DNA of 64,000 nucleotides, from the NCBI GenBank assembly GCA_016218585.1, contig JACRDK010000006.1, positions 1,823 through 65,822 on the forward strand. Reading direction: 5' to 3'. Below the pieces are notes generated by a model. It was not told the origin of the DNA. It searched no databases and saw nothing but the letters and a program-made list of their open reading frames with translations. The DNA is from Candidatus Doudnabacteria bacterium (lineage in GTDB: Bacteria; Patescibacteriota; Doudnabacteria; UBA920). Of the stretch, positions 27,713-37,845 are shown one piece after another. Every line of letters begins with the position of its first letter. The stretch's first letter is position 1. Made by a program: the position numbers and the translations under genes.

Positions 27713-27732
27713 CCTGCCTACCGGCAGGTAGG
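27713..27732. repeat. 20-bp palindrome variant CCTGCCTACCGGCAGGTAGG
   Basis: Member of the 4-copy palindrome family, embedded in TACGAAG/CTTCGTA word repeats upstream of greA. Confidence 0.55.
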
Positions 27733-27760
27733 TAATAATTCGTACTTCGTAAATAAACCT

Positions 27761-28222
27761 ATGTCAAAAAAATATTTGCTCACAGCCGAGGGTCTACAAA
27801 AACTTCAGGAAGAATTAAAAGTTCTTATTAACGATAAAAGAAAAGAAGTTATTGAGCGCATCCGCGAAGCGGCTGCTCATGGCGACTTAAGCGAAAATGC
27901 TGACTACGCGCAGGCCCGCGAAGAACAAAGCTTTATAGAAGGCCGCATTCAGGAAATTGAAGACATTATAAAAAATGCCGAAATCATTACCACCAACAGC
28001 CATGGCAACACTGTCACCATCGGCTCTACTGTTACCGTTAAAGTTGGCGGTTTAGAAAAAAAATACTCTATTGTCGGCAGCAACGAAGCCAACCCAAAAG
28101 AAGGTAAAATTTCCAACGAATCATTGGTTGGCAAGGCAGTCTTAGGGAAAAAAGCCGGTGAAAAATTTAAAGTCTCCACTCCGGCAGGGGAAATTGACTA
28201 CGAAATAGTCTCATTGGAGTAA
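27761..28222 (+). CDS. greA: transcription elongation factor GreA
   Basis: N-terminal coiled coil with LSENADYAQAREEQ and C-terminal FKBP-like domain. Confidence 0.85.
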   Translation: MSKKYLLTAEGLQKLQEELKVLINDKRKEVIERIREAAAHGDLSENADYAQAREEQSFIEGRIQEIEDIIKNAEIITTNSHGNTVTIGSTVTVKVGGLEKKYSIVGSNEANPKEGKISNESLVGKAVLGKKAGEKFKVSTPAGEIDYEIVSLE

Positions 28223-28226
28223 ATAT

Positions 28227-28598
28227 ATGAGCCAGGAAATGTGGCCAACTCTTCCACCAGAAGAGCTGAAAAAGCAAATGCAAAGCAACCTTGAAGCTGC
28301 CCGTCGTAACAAGGATCTCAGGGATGCTTTTGAATACAGCCCGGAACCTGAAAGAACAAAGCAAAAAACTTTAGCCACAGAACTGATACACGCTTTAACA
28401 GTAGCAGACGACGAATCCCTTGATTCTTTGCTAAACCCATTAGGGGAGACAACGACATCATTGGTTAGATCCTTGGTAGAAAAAAACAAAGATAACTTAG
28501 CAACAAAATATCTTCAAGAAATTGGCGAATTTAATAAGGTAACAAATGTTAAAAAGCGCCAGCAGATCCTGGAAAAGATAGTCAAACTTGCATTTTAA
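28227..28598 (+). CDS. hypothetical protein
   Basis: 123-aa ORF immediately after greA. Confidence 0.45.
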   Translation: MSQEMWPTLPPEELKKQMQSNLEAARRNKDLRDAFEYSPEPERTKQKTLATELIHALTVADDESLDSLLNPLGETTTSLVRSLVEKNKDNLATKYLQEIGEFNKVTNVKKRQQILEKIVKLAF

Positions 28599-28730
28599 AC
28601 ATACAATCATCAAAAACCGCTCTTTTTTGCTTAAAGGGGCGGTTTTTGTTATAATTATCTACAGAAATATATACAAATACTACAGAAACCTACAGACTAA
28701 AATAGTCTATTTTCTGTAGGCATCTGTAGA

Positions 28731-28750
28731 CCTACCTGCCGGCAGGCAGG
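28731..28750. repeat. 20-bp palindrome variant CCTACCTGCCGGCAGGCAGG
   Basis: Embedded in CTACAGA/TCTGTAG word repeats upstream of lysS. Confidence 0.55.
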
Positions 28751-28779
28751 TTAGTATTAATTCGTAATTCAGTAGAAAT

Positions 28780-30264
28780 ATGTCGGAACGTTTAGAAGAT
28801 ATAATTGCGGCAAGAAAGCAAAAATTAGAAATTATTAAGCAAGCGGGGATAGATCCATACCCGTCTTTTAACTCGCGCACCCACACCAATCACGAAGCCT
28901 TAGACAAGTTTGATGAGCTGGGGGAACAGAGCATAACTTTAGTTGGGCGCATCCGGTCTTTCCGCGACATGGGAAAACTAATTTTCTGCCACATTGAAGA
29001 TGGCACAGCGCGTATTCAGGTTTTATTTAAATCGGACAATGTTGGCGCTGAAGAATTTAAATTTTTGTTAAAAAACTTTGACTCCGGCGATTTTATTGAA
29101 GTTACTGGCACTATATTTAAAACTAAGACCGAAGAAAAAACCCTGCAGGCTACAAGCTATAAACTTTTAGCCAAAAGCCTGCGCCCCCTGCCTTCCGAAC
29201 ACTATGGGCTGGAAGATGAAGAAATAAAATTGCGCAAACGCTATTTGGATATTTTAATGAATCCGGAAGTTAAAGATATATTTATTAAAAAGAACAAGTT
29301 TTGGTCCGCAATGCGTTCGTTCTTAGTGCAAAAGGGCTTCCTGGAGCTGGAAATGCCTGTTTTAGAGGCAGTGCCGGGCGGAGCCGAAGCCGAACCATTC
29401 ATTACTCATCATAACGCGTTAGACCGCGATTTTTATCTTAGGATTAGTTTGGAACTACCCTTAAAAAAAATGCTGGTTGCCGGTTATGAAAAAGTTTTTG
29501 AAATTGGCCGCATTTTCCGCAACGAAGGAATCTCGCCGGAACATTTGCAGGACTACACGCAAATGGAATTTTACTGGGCCTATGGCGATTTTGAAAAATT
29601 GATGGATATGGTTCAGGAAATGTACCAGCACATAATTCAAGAAACTTTTGGTACTTTAGAAATTACTTACCAAGGGACAAAAATAAACTGGGGCGGCAAT
29701 TGGCCGCGCGTGGATTATTTTGAAATCTTTAAAAAGCATACAGGCATAGATTTAAACACAGCAACCGAACAAGAACTAAAGGCTTACGCTGACAAAAAGC
29801 ATATTAAGTATGAAGAGTTTGCGGGCAAAGGCCGCGTGACTGATTTAATTTTTAAAAAGACTATCCGCATTCTGCCGGAAGTTGCCACTCAGCCAAGCTT
29901 TTTAATTAATCAGCCGATTGAGTTAGAGCCGTTGGCAAAACGCGACCCAAAAAATCCTAAAATGGTTCAACGTATGCAAATATTAGCGTGCGGCTCTGAG
30001 CTGGGCAAAGGTTTTGGGGAATTAAATGATCCGGTTGACCAACGCTCCCGCTTTGACGAGCAAATGAAACTTAGGCAAGCAGGGGATGGGGAAGCCCAAA
30101 TGCTCGACGAAGACTACGTGGAAGCAATGGAATACGGCATGCCTCCGGCAGCCGGTTTTGGAATTTCTGAACGCTTGTTTGCAGTTTTAATGGACCGCTC
30201 AATCCGCGAAACCGTCATCTTCCCGCCAATGAAAGAAAAAAACCGATCCGAATCTTCGAATTAA
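28780..30264 (+). CDS. lysS: lysine-tRNA ligase (class II)
   Basis: OB-fold N-terminus, class II motifs (FRNEGIS, GxGxGxERL-like GFGISERL). Confidence 0.9.
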   Translation: MSERLEDIIAARKQKLEIIKQAGIDPYPSFNSRTHTNHEALDKFDELGEQSITLVGRIRSFRDMGKLIFCHIEDGTARIQVLFKSDNVGAEEFKFLLKNFDSGDFIEVTGTIFKTKTEEKTLQATSYKLLAKSLRPLPSEHYGLEDEEIKLRKRYLDILMNPEVKDIFIKKNKFWSAMRSFLVQKGFLELEMPVLEAVPGGAEAEPFITHHNALDRDFYLRISLELPLKKMLVAGYEKVFEIGRIFRNEGISPEHLQDYTQMEFYWAYGDFEKLMDMVQEMYQHIIQETFGTLEITYQGTKINWGGNWPRVDYFEIFKKHTGIDLNTATEQELKAYADKKHIKYEEFAGKGRVTDLIFKKTIRILPEVATQPSFLINQPIELEPLAKRDPKNPKMVQRMQILACGSELGKGFGELNDPVDQRSRFDEQMKLRQAGDGEAQMLDEDYVEAMEYGMPPAAGFGISERLFAVLMDRSIRETVIFPPMKEKNRSESSN

Positions 30265-30295
30265 ACCCGAATGATCCTAATGCCAAATTCAAAAA
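30244..30295. repeat. CCGAAT-word repeat copy (partial)
   Basis: gatccgaatcttcgaattaaacccgaatgatcctaatgcc is homologous to 5091-5145. Overlaps and encodes the last 7 codons of lysS. Confidence 0.5.
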
Positions 30296-30351
30296 CTCTT
30301 TTTTTCTTACAATCTTAAATCTCATATCATAAATCTAAAATCTACTATTAT

Positions 30352-31680
30352 ATGTTGGACATAAAATTTGTTCGCGATAACCAAGAAATTGTAAAGAAAG
30401 CCATTGCCGATAAGCGCGTTGATTTAAATCTCGACGAGTTGTTGGATTTAGATTCCAAAAGGCGCGACCTGCTCACTGAACTGGAAAGCCTGCAGGCAAC
30501 CAAGAATGCCGTTTCCAAAAGCATTCCTCAGTTATCCGAAGAAGAAAAAAAGGTGAAATTTTTGGAGATGAAAGAAGTGGATGAGAAATCCAAAGTCTTA
30601 AAAGACGAGCTAAAACCAATTTTGGAAAATTACGACAGGCTTATTGCTTTAACGCCAAACATTCCAAGCCCCGAGACCCCAATCGGCAAAGATTCTTCCG
30701 GCAACATTCCTTGGCGTTATTGGAACAGCACGCTCGGAGTTGTTGACCCTACCAAAGAGCCGGAAAAAGTTGCGGAGATTCCCGCTAAGTTTAATTTTAC
30801 AATAAAAGACCATATTGCTTTAGGCAAAGATTTAGATTTAATAGATACTGAGACCGGGGTTAAAACTTCCGGCTTCCGCGGATATTATTTAAAAAATGAA
30901 GCCGTGTTAATGCAGTACGGCCTAATTTGGCTTGCATTGAAAAAAATGCAGGAAAAAGGCTTTACGCTCATGGTACCGCCGGTGCTGGTGCGCGAGTTTG
31001 CCTTGTTTGGCAGCGGACACTTTCCGGCCGGCCGCGATGAAATATATAAAATTGCCAACACCGATGAAAAAGACCAAATATATTTAGCCGGCACATCCGA
31101 ACCTTCTTTGCTCGCGTATTATGAAGGAAAAACGTTAACCGAAAAAGATCTGCCAATTAAAGTTTGCGGCGTTTCTTCCTGCTATCGCAGCGAAGTAGGC
31201 TCTTACGGCAAAGACACCCGGGGCATTTATCGCATCCACGAATTTATGAAAGTGGAACAGGTGGTTATGTGTAAAGCGGAAACCGCCGAGAGCGACCAGT
31301 GGTTGGAAACAATGAGAGAAATTGCCGAAGGCATGCTGCAAGACTTAAAACTGCCATACCGCGTACTAAATATCTGTACCGGGGATATGGGAGCCGGCAA
31401 GTATAAAATGTACGACATTGAAACCTGGATGCCTTCTAGGAACGACTTTGGCGAAACCCACTCGGATTCAAACCTTACCGACTGGCAGGCAAGAAGGCTG
31501 AATATAAAGTACAAAGACAAACAGGGCAAGACCAAATATGTTTATACCCTAAACAACACTGTCATTGCTTCCCCCCGCATCTTAATTGCCATTTTAGAAA
31601 ATTACCAGCAAGCCGACGGCAGCATTCTGGTCCCGGAAGTTTTAAAACCATACATTGGCAAAGACGTAATTAAGAAATGA
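30352..31680 (+). CDS. serS: serine-tRNA ligase
   Basis: N-terminal coiled-coil arm, class II motifs (FRGYYLK, GSGHFP, motif 3 GTSEPS...). Confidence 0.9.
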   Translation: MLDIKFVRDNQEIVKKAIADKRVDLNLDELLDLDSKRRDLLTELESLQATKNAVSKSIPQLSEEEKKVKFLEMKEVDEKSKVLKDELKPILENYDRLIALTPNIPSPETPIGKDSSGNIPWRYWNSTLGVVDPTKEPEKVAEIPAKFNFTIKDHIALGKDLDLIDTETGVKTSGFRGYYLKNEAVLMQYGLIWLALKKMQEKGFTLMVPPVLVREFALFGSGHFPAGRDEIYKIANTDEKDQIYLAGTSEPSLLAYYEGKTLTEKDLPIKVCGVSSCYRSEVGSYGKDTRGIYRIHEFMKVEQVVMCKAETAESDQWLETMREIAEGMLQDLKLPYRVLNICTGDMGAGKYKMYDIETWMPSRNDFGETHSDSNLTDWQARRLNIKYKDKQGKTKYVYTLNNTVIASPRILIAILENYQQADGSILVPEVLKPYIGKDVIKK

Positions 31681-31724
31681 GATACTGACAGGGAATCCGT
31701 AGGTATCTGTAAATCTGAATTTAT

Positions 31725-32708
31725 ATGTTCGGCAAAAACAAAAAGAAACTAGATCCCCGTGTTCGTTTTCAAAATCGCGGTTTTCAGAAACAGCTGGACT
31801 CGCAAAGAAACTATAAACGGACAAAAAAAACGCTCCCTCAAACTGATTGGGGTGTTTTTTTGTCAAAAATTGGCTTAGGTTCCTGGCCGGCAAGACTAGG
31901 CAGCCTGGCTCTTTTTCTATTTATAATTTACATTGTTTTTATTCCAAACCTGTTTTTTATTAAAAATGTAACTATTAACGGCCTTGATGAAAGCAAAACT
32001 GCGGATGTAAAAACAGTTGCCGAATCTTTTCTAAAAAAGAGCCTGCCCTGGCCGCAAAAAAATATTTTATTGCTATCTAAAAACAAACTCACCAAATATT
32101 TATTGGAAAACAACCAAAGCGTTCTTAAAGTGGATAAAATTACCAAAGATTTTCCCAATACTTTGGTAATTAACATAACTCCGAGGCTGGATACTTTTAC
32201 AATTATTGCCCAAAGCGGAGTATATGCCGCAGCCAATGATGGCTTAATAAAAAAACAGCTGGCTCCTGAATATACAGCCAGCACAACCTTGCCAAACGGT
32301 CTAATCTTAATTAAGCTAACAACAAGTGAAACTTTGTTTGCGGGCAAGCACGCCTTCCCCGCAGAAACCGCTAATTTTTTACTGACTATAAACAACCAGG
32401 TTCCAAATATAGTTAAGAGCCCGCTGGAACACTTTGAGTTGGCCGACCAGCCAAATACCGACCTGACAGTTTTTACGCAAAGCGGGCTAAAACTTTTATT
32501 TGACTTAAAATCTGACCCGCAAGTAGTTGCGGAAAGGTTACAACTTCTGCTTAGCCAGTTTAGCGACGCGGATTTAAAAAGCCTGGATTATGTTGATATG
32601 CGCTTTGACAGCAGGGGATATATATGTAAAAAAGGGGCGGCCTGTGTTAAAAATACCATTTTGCCGGTGAATAATGCCACCGACACAACCGACAGTATAA
32701 TTAACTAA
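31725..32708 (+). CDS. FtsQ/DivIB-like cell division protein (POTRA)
   Basis: Basic N-terminus, single TM, POTRA-like IKNVTINGL segment. Weak assignment. Confidence 0.45.
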   Translation: MFGKNKKKLDPRVRFQNRGFQKQLDSQRNYKRTKKTLPQTDWGVFLSKIGLGSWPARLGSLALFLFIIYIVFIPNLFFIKNVTINGLDESKTADVKTVAESFLKKSLPWPQKNILLLSKNKLTKYLLENNQSVLKVDKITKDFPNTLVINITPRLDTFTIIAQSGVYAAANDGLIKKQLAPEYTASTTLPNGLILIKLTTSETLFAGKHAFPAETANFLLTINNQVPNIVKSPLEHFELADQPNTDLTVFTQSGLKLLFDLKSDPQVVAERLQLLLSQFSDADLKSLDYVDMRFDSRGYICKKGAACVKNTILPVNNATDTTDSIIN

Positions 32709-32721
32709 CTTTAAACAATTT

Positions 32722-33405
32722 ATGAAAAGCAAACTTTTTGTCATTTCAGTCGGAGGTTCGTTGATTAACCCTGGAGAAGTTGACACTGCTTTTTTGAACA
32801 ACTTAAAAAAATTAATTATCAACCAAACTGCAAAAGGCAACCGCTTTATTTTAATTTGCGGCGGCGGCAAGTTATCCAGAAAATACGCAGATGCTTTAAA
32901 AACAACTTCTACCCCTTCCGCTGACGATTTGGACTGGCTTGGCATACAAGCAACCTGGCTAAACGCAAAATTAGTCCAGCTTATGTTTGGCAAACTGGCT
33001 CATAAAACCATAATTTCCGACCCCAATAAAAAAGTAAACTTTAAAGAGAAAATTCTTGTTGCCGGCGGCTGGACACCCGGAAGAAGCACGGACGACGATG
33101 CGGTGCGCCTGGCAAAAATTTATGGCAGCCAAACCGTAATAAACCTGAGCAATATAGATTTTGCTTATGACAAAGATCCAAACAAATTCAAAGACGCAAA
33201 AAAAATTACCTTAATTTCCTGGGCGGAGTTTAAAAAAATTGTCGGCAACAAATGGGACCCGGGCAAAAATGCGCCTTTTGACCCAACAGCAACCGCGCTG
33301 GCCTCCAAACTTAAACTACAGGTAATTATTGCCAACGGGAAAAACCTAACTAACCTGGAAAACATTTTGCAAAATAAACCATTCCTCGGCACAACCATTC
33401 ATTAA
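32722..33405 (+). CDS. pyrH: amino-acid-kinase family protein, UMP kinase-like
   Basis: VISVGGSL...ICGGG...VAGGWTPGRSTDDDAV pattern of the carbamate/UMP kinase fold. Confidence 0.55.
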   Translation: MKSKLFVISVGGSLINPGEVDTAFLNNLKKLIINQTAKGNRFILICGGGKLSRKYADALKTTSTPSADDLDWLGIQATWLNAKLVQLMFGKLAHKTIISDPNKKVNFKEKILVAGGWTPGRSTDDDAVRLAKIYGSQTVINLSNIDFAYDKDPNKFKDAKKITLISWAEFKKIVGNKWDPGKNAPFDPTATALASKLKLQVIIANGKNLTNLENILQNKPFLGTTIH

Positions 33406-33432
33406 ATTAAATTGGCCAAAAATAAATAAAAT

Positions 33433-33459
33433 AAAAATTCCGGTTCCCCGGAATTTTTT
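33433..33459. terminator. bidirectional terminator aaaattccggTTCCccggaattttttt
   Basis: 8-bp stem with A/T runs, between convergent genes. Confidence 0.5.
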
Positions 33460-33520
33460 TATTTGCAGTGATTTGTGTTTTCAATCTGCGACATTTGATT
33501 TTTATCTGCGCATCAGCGAT

Positions 33521-35107
33521 CTAATTCACTTTATACTCCGTAATATAAATCATTGTCCCGGGGTAAGGCCTTACATCCTGGTACCCCTTTTCATCTATTT
33601 TAACCCAGTTGGCAGGCGTTTCTGGTTTATTAGAGCCAAAAGCATACGTCCAAACAAGCCAAACTGTGTCTTCCCGGTTTACCGCGGCCTTAAAGTCCGG
33701 GACTAAATCCGCATCGGTAAGCAAAGCCACTCCTTCTACGTGTGAAAGCTGATTAGCATGAACGCGTCCGCCGGTAAAAAGCAATGGCCTTGTGGGGATT
33801 GGGTCCAAAACAGTGCCGTAATATTTATAATTAAAAAATTCATAGGATGTCCCAACAAAAACATGATGCTTTGGCTCAACATTGGTTGCCAAGAATCTGG
33901 CAGCCGCAGCCATCCCGGGCTTGCCAGCCACATCTAACTGTTTCCAGTAGTGGGCATAGGCGGTTAGGTTTAAAATACAATAGACCAAAAATAAAGAAAC
34001 AGATAACCATTTAACTTTAATTTCCTTTAGCCAAACCGCTAAGGCCACGGAGTAGAACAAACTGCCGAACAAAAAATATCTGTCCAAATAAACCGAAGAA
34101 TCACTGCCTTTTAGTTTAGCTAAAACGGCAAACAATATTGCTCCGCCAAAAGGCGCGGCAATGGCCAAAACAGCAAGCCATTTAGCAAAACTTTCTGTCT
34201 TCCTGATAAAACGATAAAGCATAAACAAGCTAAACAAAGTAACTAAAACCAGCAAAATTTGGGTATTACTTTTGTTTATATCTCTTTCAAATCCCAAAAG
34301 CATATCCCAAAAAGTTGAAGGAATGCTCCACACATTCATTTTGGAGATCCAATAACCGTCTTGCACCTGGCGATACTGGAACAAAAATGTTTTTAACCAG
34401 GGAAGAAAAGAAATAACAATTAAGACATAAGATGTAAGAATTGGAACAAATTTTTTCCATCCGCCCTGATGATGCAAGTACAAATACAACAAACCGTAAA
34501 AACCCAAAGCCGCAGCCGTAAAAAACAAATAGTAGTGAGTGTAAATAATAATTATTGTTGAGACAGTAAAACCAACATAGCCCCACAGCATTTTTCTTTT
34601 GGCGCTAATTAGTTCCGGAGTGTTTGGCATATTCTGTTTTTCCAGCTCAACCACTGACTTGTGCTGAGTTAAAGCTTTCACCAAAAAATATGCAGCCATT
34701 AAAGCAAAGAAGGCGCCAAAAGTATACATTCTGGCTTCGGTTACGTACTGCAGCTGAAAAGGGTTAATAGCAATGAAGGCGGCTGCCCAAAGGGCGGCTT
34801 TTTCGCTTTTAAATGCTTCTTTGGTAAATAACCAGCCGGCCCAAATTGCCGCGGTGCCAAAAAATATGGAAAAGCCACGCAATGAGAGCATCGATTCGCC
34901 AAAAATATAATGCCATAGCCGCAAAGCCACATAATACATTGGCGGGTGGACATCTAGGCCTAAGCGATAAAACATTTCTCCCCAAGGGTAGCGGATCATC
35001 AGCGCGCTAAAAGCTTCGTCGTGCCAAAGAGAAATATCTAAATTATGATAAAACCGCAAAAGCACTCCGGCAATTAAAATTATTGTAAGTGGAATATATT
35101 TTTTCAT
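33521..35107 (-). CDS. GT-C family 39 membrane glycosyltransferase (ArnT/PMT-like)
   Basis: N-terminal RFYHNLDISLWHDEAF (DE motif in first loop), ~12 TM helices. Confidence 0.7.
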   Translation of the reverse strand: MKKYIPLTIILIAGVLLRFYHNLDISLWHDEAFSALMIRYPWGEMFYRLGLDVHPPMYYVALRLWHYIFGESMLSLRGFSIFFGTAAIWAGWLFTKEAFKSEKAALWAAAFIAINPFQLQYVTEARMYTFGAFFALMAAYFLVKALTQHKSVVELEKQNMPNTPELISAKRKMLWGYVGFTVSTIIIIYTHYYLFFTAAALGFYGLLYLYLHHQGGWKKFVPILTSYVLIVISFLPWLKTFLFQYRQVQDGYWISKMNVWSIPSTFWDMLLGFERDINKSNTQILLVLVTLFSLFMLYRFIRKTESFAKWLAVLAIAAPFGGAILFAVLAKLKGSDSSVYLDRYFLFGSLFYSVALAVWLKEIKVKWLSVSLFLVYCILNLTAYAHYWKQLDVAGKPGMAAAARFLATNVEPKHHVFVGTSYEFFNYKYYGTVLDPIPTRPLLFTGGRVHANQLSHVEGVALLTDADLVPDFKAAVNREDTVWLVWTYAFGSNKPETPANWVKIDEKGYQDVRPYPGTMIYITEYKVN

Positions 35108-35112
35108 ATTTT

Positions 35113-37206
35113 TTAATTTACTGTGCCTGCTGGAACAGGCGCGTAATAATATTTATTATTAATTTTGCAATATGCTGCTTCAGATTTTATGCCAGTCTGG
35201 CCATTATTTTTAATACAATCATCGTATCCGCTAACTGACTTTTTCGGCGCAGCCGCTTCTGCTGCAACACAGCTCCCGGGCACATCACCGCAGTCCGATG
35301 TACAAGCGCCATCATTACTGCAAGAGCTCGGCACACAAAGCGTTTGGCAGGATTGCGGACAATTGGAGAACGTATAATTTTCACAGCTGGTCTGTGTTTT
35401 GCCTTGAATATTTTTTGTTTCTTTAATTTTATAAACCGCCAAGATGCTCTGTTTGAATTGATTTCTAAATTCCGCTGCCAGGCTAAATTCCGGATGGTAT
35501 GCTTTAAATTTCTTGGTGTCAAACATTGAACTTTGGGTAAAAACCACTTCGTCGCCTGATTTTAAATTTTGCAGTTTCCAGGAATCTTCCGGATCTACCT
35601 GAATGTAGGGGACATTGCACGGGCTGTTAAAATTGCCGTGCGGGTCGGAAGTGAAATAATCGGTGGTTTGCACGGAAAATTTATCCAAAACAAGATAAGT
35701 GGAATTTTTTGTGGACTCGCCGTTTTTTGCAACAGATTGGTTGCAGCGGTCTACCAAATATTTACTCACTTGAGTGAGATCGGAACGGAAATAATAAAAG
35801 TTTTCCGGCGAATTGGCGGCATATACAAAATATGCCAAATAAGCCTGGCTGCTTAAAGCCACAATAAAACAAACCACTACTAATTTTAAACCGGCGTTAA
35901 TTAATCTCATTCTTGGGGGAACGAGCGCGTGGTCTTTCATCCATTGCGGATCTTTATAATGGCTTAAAACCCGGCCCCAAAGTTTTTGATGGGCCTTCCA
36001 AACCAAACTCCCAAATTCATACAAAACAAACGCGGAAATAATGAACACCGCCGGAATAACGCCAATCGCCCTAAGTCCGTGGGGGATTCCTTCCGCTGTT
36101 GTAACCACAGGCAAAAGCATTCCCCAAAACCAAACTGCCAGCAAAAAATATGGCCAGTATTTTTCTTTTTTATTTGGAGCAAAAAAATACCAGGCTCCGA
36201 GAAGCGTAATTAAAATTAAACCGATTGCAAAAAATGGGCTATATAACTGGGACAAAAATGGCTGTCCGGAAATATTGGAGCGCCAGTTTAAATCGCCCTG
36301 GGTAAAGAAGCCCATTATTTGAACTCTGGCAACTTCAACAACTACCGGCAAAACAACGCCAAGCGGCGGCTTGCCTTGCAACTGTTCACCATTAAAAGAA
36401 TATAATTCCGGATTAAACACGCTCACTTGCCCGGCGCGGCCAATAAAAGAGCCGGGGTGGTCGTAAAAATATTTGCCGATTGGAAAAATAACAATCAAGA
36501 AAGCTACAAGAAATCCTAAAGAAGGCAAGAAGTACTTTTTAATTTGATACCATAATAATTTTTGCCTAAACGCGCCCAGCATTGGCCAAACAACTACGGC
36601 AAACAAAGCAGGGGCCATAATGCGGAAGGCAATATAAGTATAAAAACCCAAAGCAAAACTGGCGCCGGTTAAAACCGCAAATATAATGCGTTTTTTATTT
36701 GTTACTGCCTGGTAAGTTTTAATTAAAAAATAAAATGTCAGGGAAGCAAACAGCGGAATGCAGACCGCGCGGAAAGCGGTGCGCGAAAGCACAATATGCC
36801 AGGTTGAAACCGCCATTAAAAAAGTAGCGAGCAAGGCAATATTTACTGCCCGGTTCTGCCCGTCCTTGTCATCTTCCGCAACTTTAAATGTAAAAATTCT
36901 TCTGGCAACTAAAAAACACATTAACACAGACAGAACGCCAATTAGCGCGGAAACAATATGATGTTGCCACGGACCTTTGCCAAAAATTTCCACGCTGCCC
37001 CAAAGCATATAAAAAAACAGAGCTTCCCGGCCGTTGCCGCGTTCATAAAACGGCTGCAGATGGCCGCTCTGCATTAAATTTATATCCAAACCATTTGCTG
37101 CCTCATCCGGGAACAACCCTCCCGGCATATGGGTTATCTGAAAATATCTAAAAAATACTGCCAGAATGATTATCCCGGCGAGCAAAAACTTTTGTTTGGG
37201 TGTCAT
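35113..37206 (-). CDS. GT-C family 39-like membrane glycosyltransferase with Cys-rich C-terminal domain
   Basis: N-terminal FRYFQITHMPGGLFPDEAANG, polytopic. C-terminal cysteine-rich extracellular tail. Confidence 0.65.
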   Translation of the reverse strand: MTPKQKFLLAGIIILAVFFRYFQITHMPGGLFPDEAANGLDINLMQSGHLQPFYERGNGREALFFYMLWGSVEIFGKGPWQHHIVSALIGVLSVLMCFLVARRIFTFKVAEDDKDGQNRAVNIALLATFLMAVSTWHIVLSRTAFRAVCIPLFASLTFYFLIKTYQAVTNKKRIIFAVLTGASFALGFYTYIAFRIMAPALFAVVVWPMLGAFRQKLLWYQIKKYFLPSLGFLVAFLIVIFPIGKYFYDHPGSFIGRAGQVSVFNPELYSFNGEQLQGKPPLGVVLPVVVEVARVQIMGFFTQGDLNWRSNISGQPFLSQLYSPFFAIGLILITLLGAWYFFAPNKKEKYWPYFLLAVWFWGMLLPVVTTAEGIPHGLRAIGVIPAVFIISAFVLYEFGSLVWKAHQKLWGRVLSHYKDPQWMKDHALVPPRMRLINAGLKLVVVCFIVALSSQAYLAYFVYAANSPENFYYFRSDLTQVSKYLVDRCNQSVAKNGESTKNSTYLVLDKFSVQTTDYFTSDPHGNFNSPCNVPYIQVDPEDSWKLQNLKSGDEVVFTQSSMFDTKKFKAYHPEFSLAAEFRNQFKQSILAVYKIKETKNIQGKTQTSCENYTFSNCPQSCQTLCVPSSCSNDGACTSDCGDVPGSCVAAEAAAPKKSVSGYDDCIKNNGQTGIKSEAAYCKINNKYYYAPVPAGTVN

Positions 37207-37244
37207 ATTGTTTATTTGTAACTTTTCACAACCCTGAGTTTCTC

Positions 37245-37300
37245 CATGTAGTTGCTCGATTTATCGAGCGGGTAAGCCTGATAAATCAGGCAACTACACC
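37245..37300. other. structured element related to 21261-21361 (YCGATTTATCGR hairpin family)
   Basis: Outer stem tgtagttgc/gcaactaca encloses ctcgaTTTATcgag and cctgATAAATcagg hairpins. Confidence 0.3.
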
Positions 37301-37418
37301 CAGCCTTGTGAACTGTTACTTTAATTTATCTGGCTAAATAATAAGAATTTTGGTATAATAAACAAGCAAACCTCTTAAATAAGCGAAATTACCTCAAAAA
37401 AATAACACACTCCCTATT

Positions 37419-37775
37419 ATGGAATCGGTTTGGAGACAAAAAATTAAACTTTATTTTACAAACATTTGGTTTCTTTGGGTGCTTTGTCTGATTTTTAATA
37501 TTATAACATTTTTATTCATATTAATCAAAATCAGCCCTGGCGAACAAACTTTAGCTTTGCGTTATAACGTGCTGGCAGGGGTTGAGTGGTATGGTAAAGG
37601 GAAAAATTTGTATTTTATTCCGGGGGTAGGGCTCGTAATTACCGGGGTTAATTTTACTTTGTTCCGGGCATTAAAAAATAACGAGAACTTTTTAATTTCT
37701 TTAACAGTATTTGCCAGTTTAAGCGTGCAGGTGGTTTTATTTATCTCCGCCTTATTTTTAGCAAAAGTAAATTAG
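37419..37775 (+). CDS. hypothetical membrane protein
   Basis: 118 aa, 3 TM helices. Confidence 0.4.
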   Translation: MESVWRQKIKLYFTNIWFLWVLCLIFNIITFLFILIKISPGEQTLALRYNVLAGVEWYGKGKNLYFIPGVGLVITGVNFTLFRALKNNENFLISLTVFASLSVQVVLFISALFLAKVN

Positions 37776-37845
37776 CACTACGGAAAACTACAGAATCATC
37801 AGCAAAGGCTTCTGTAGATTCGTATTATTTTGTAGTTCTGTAGCT

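Noticed and set aside
35165-36322. Several plus-strand ORFs inside the 35113-37206 GT39-like gene
   Set aside because: Antisense shadows of a long, well-supported polytopic membrane protein gene.
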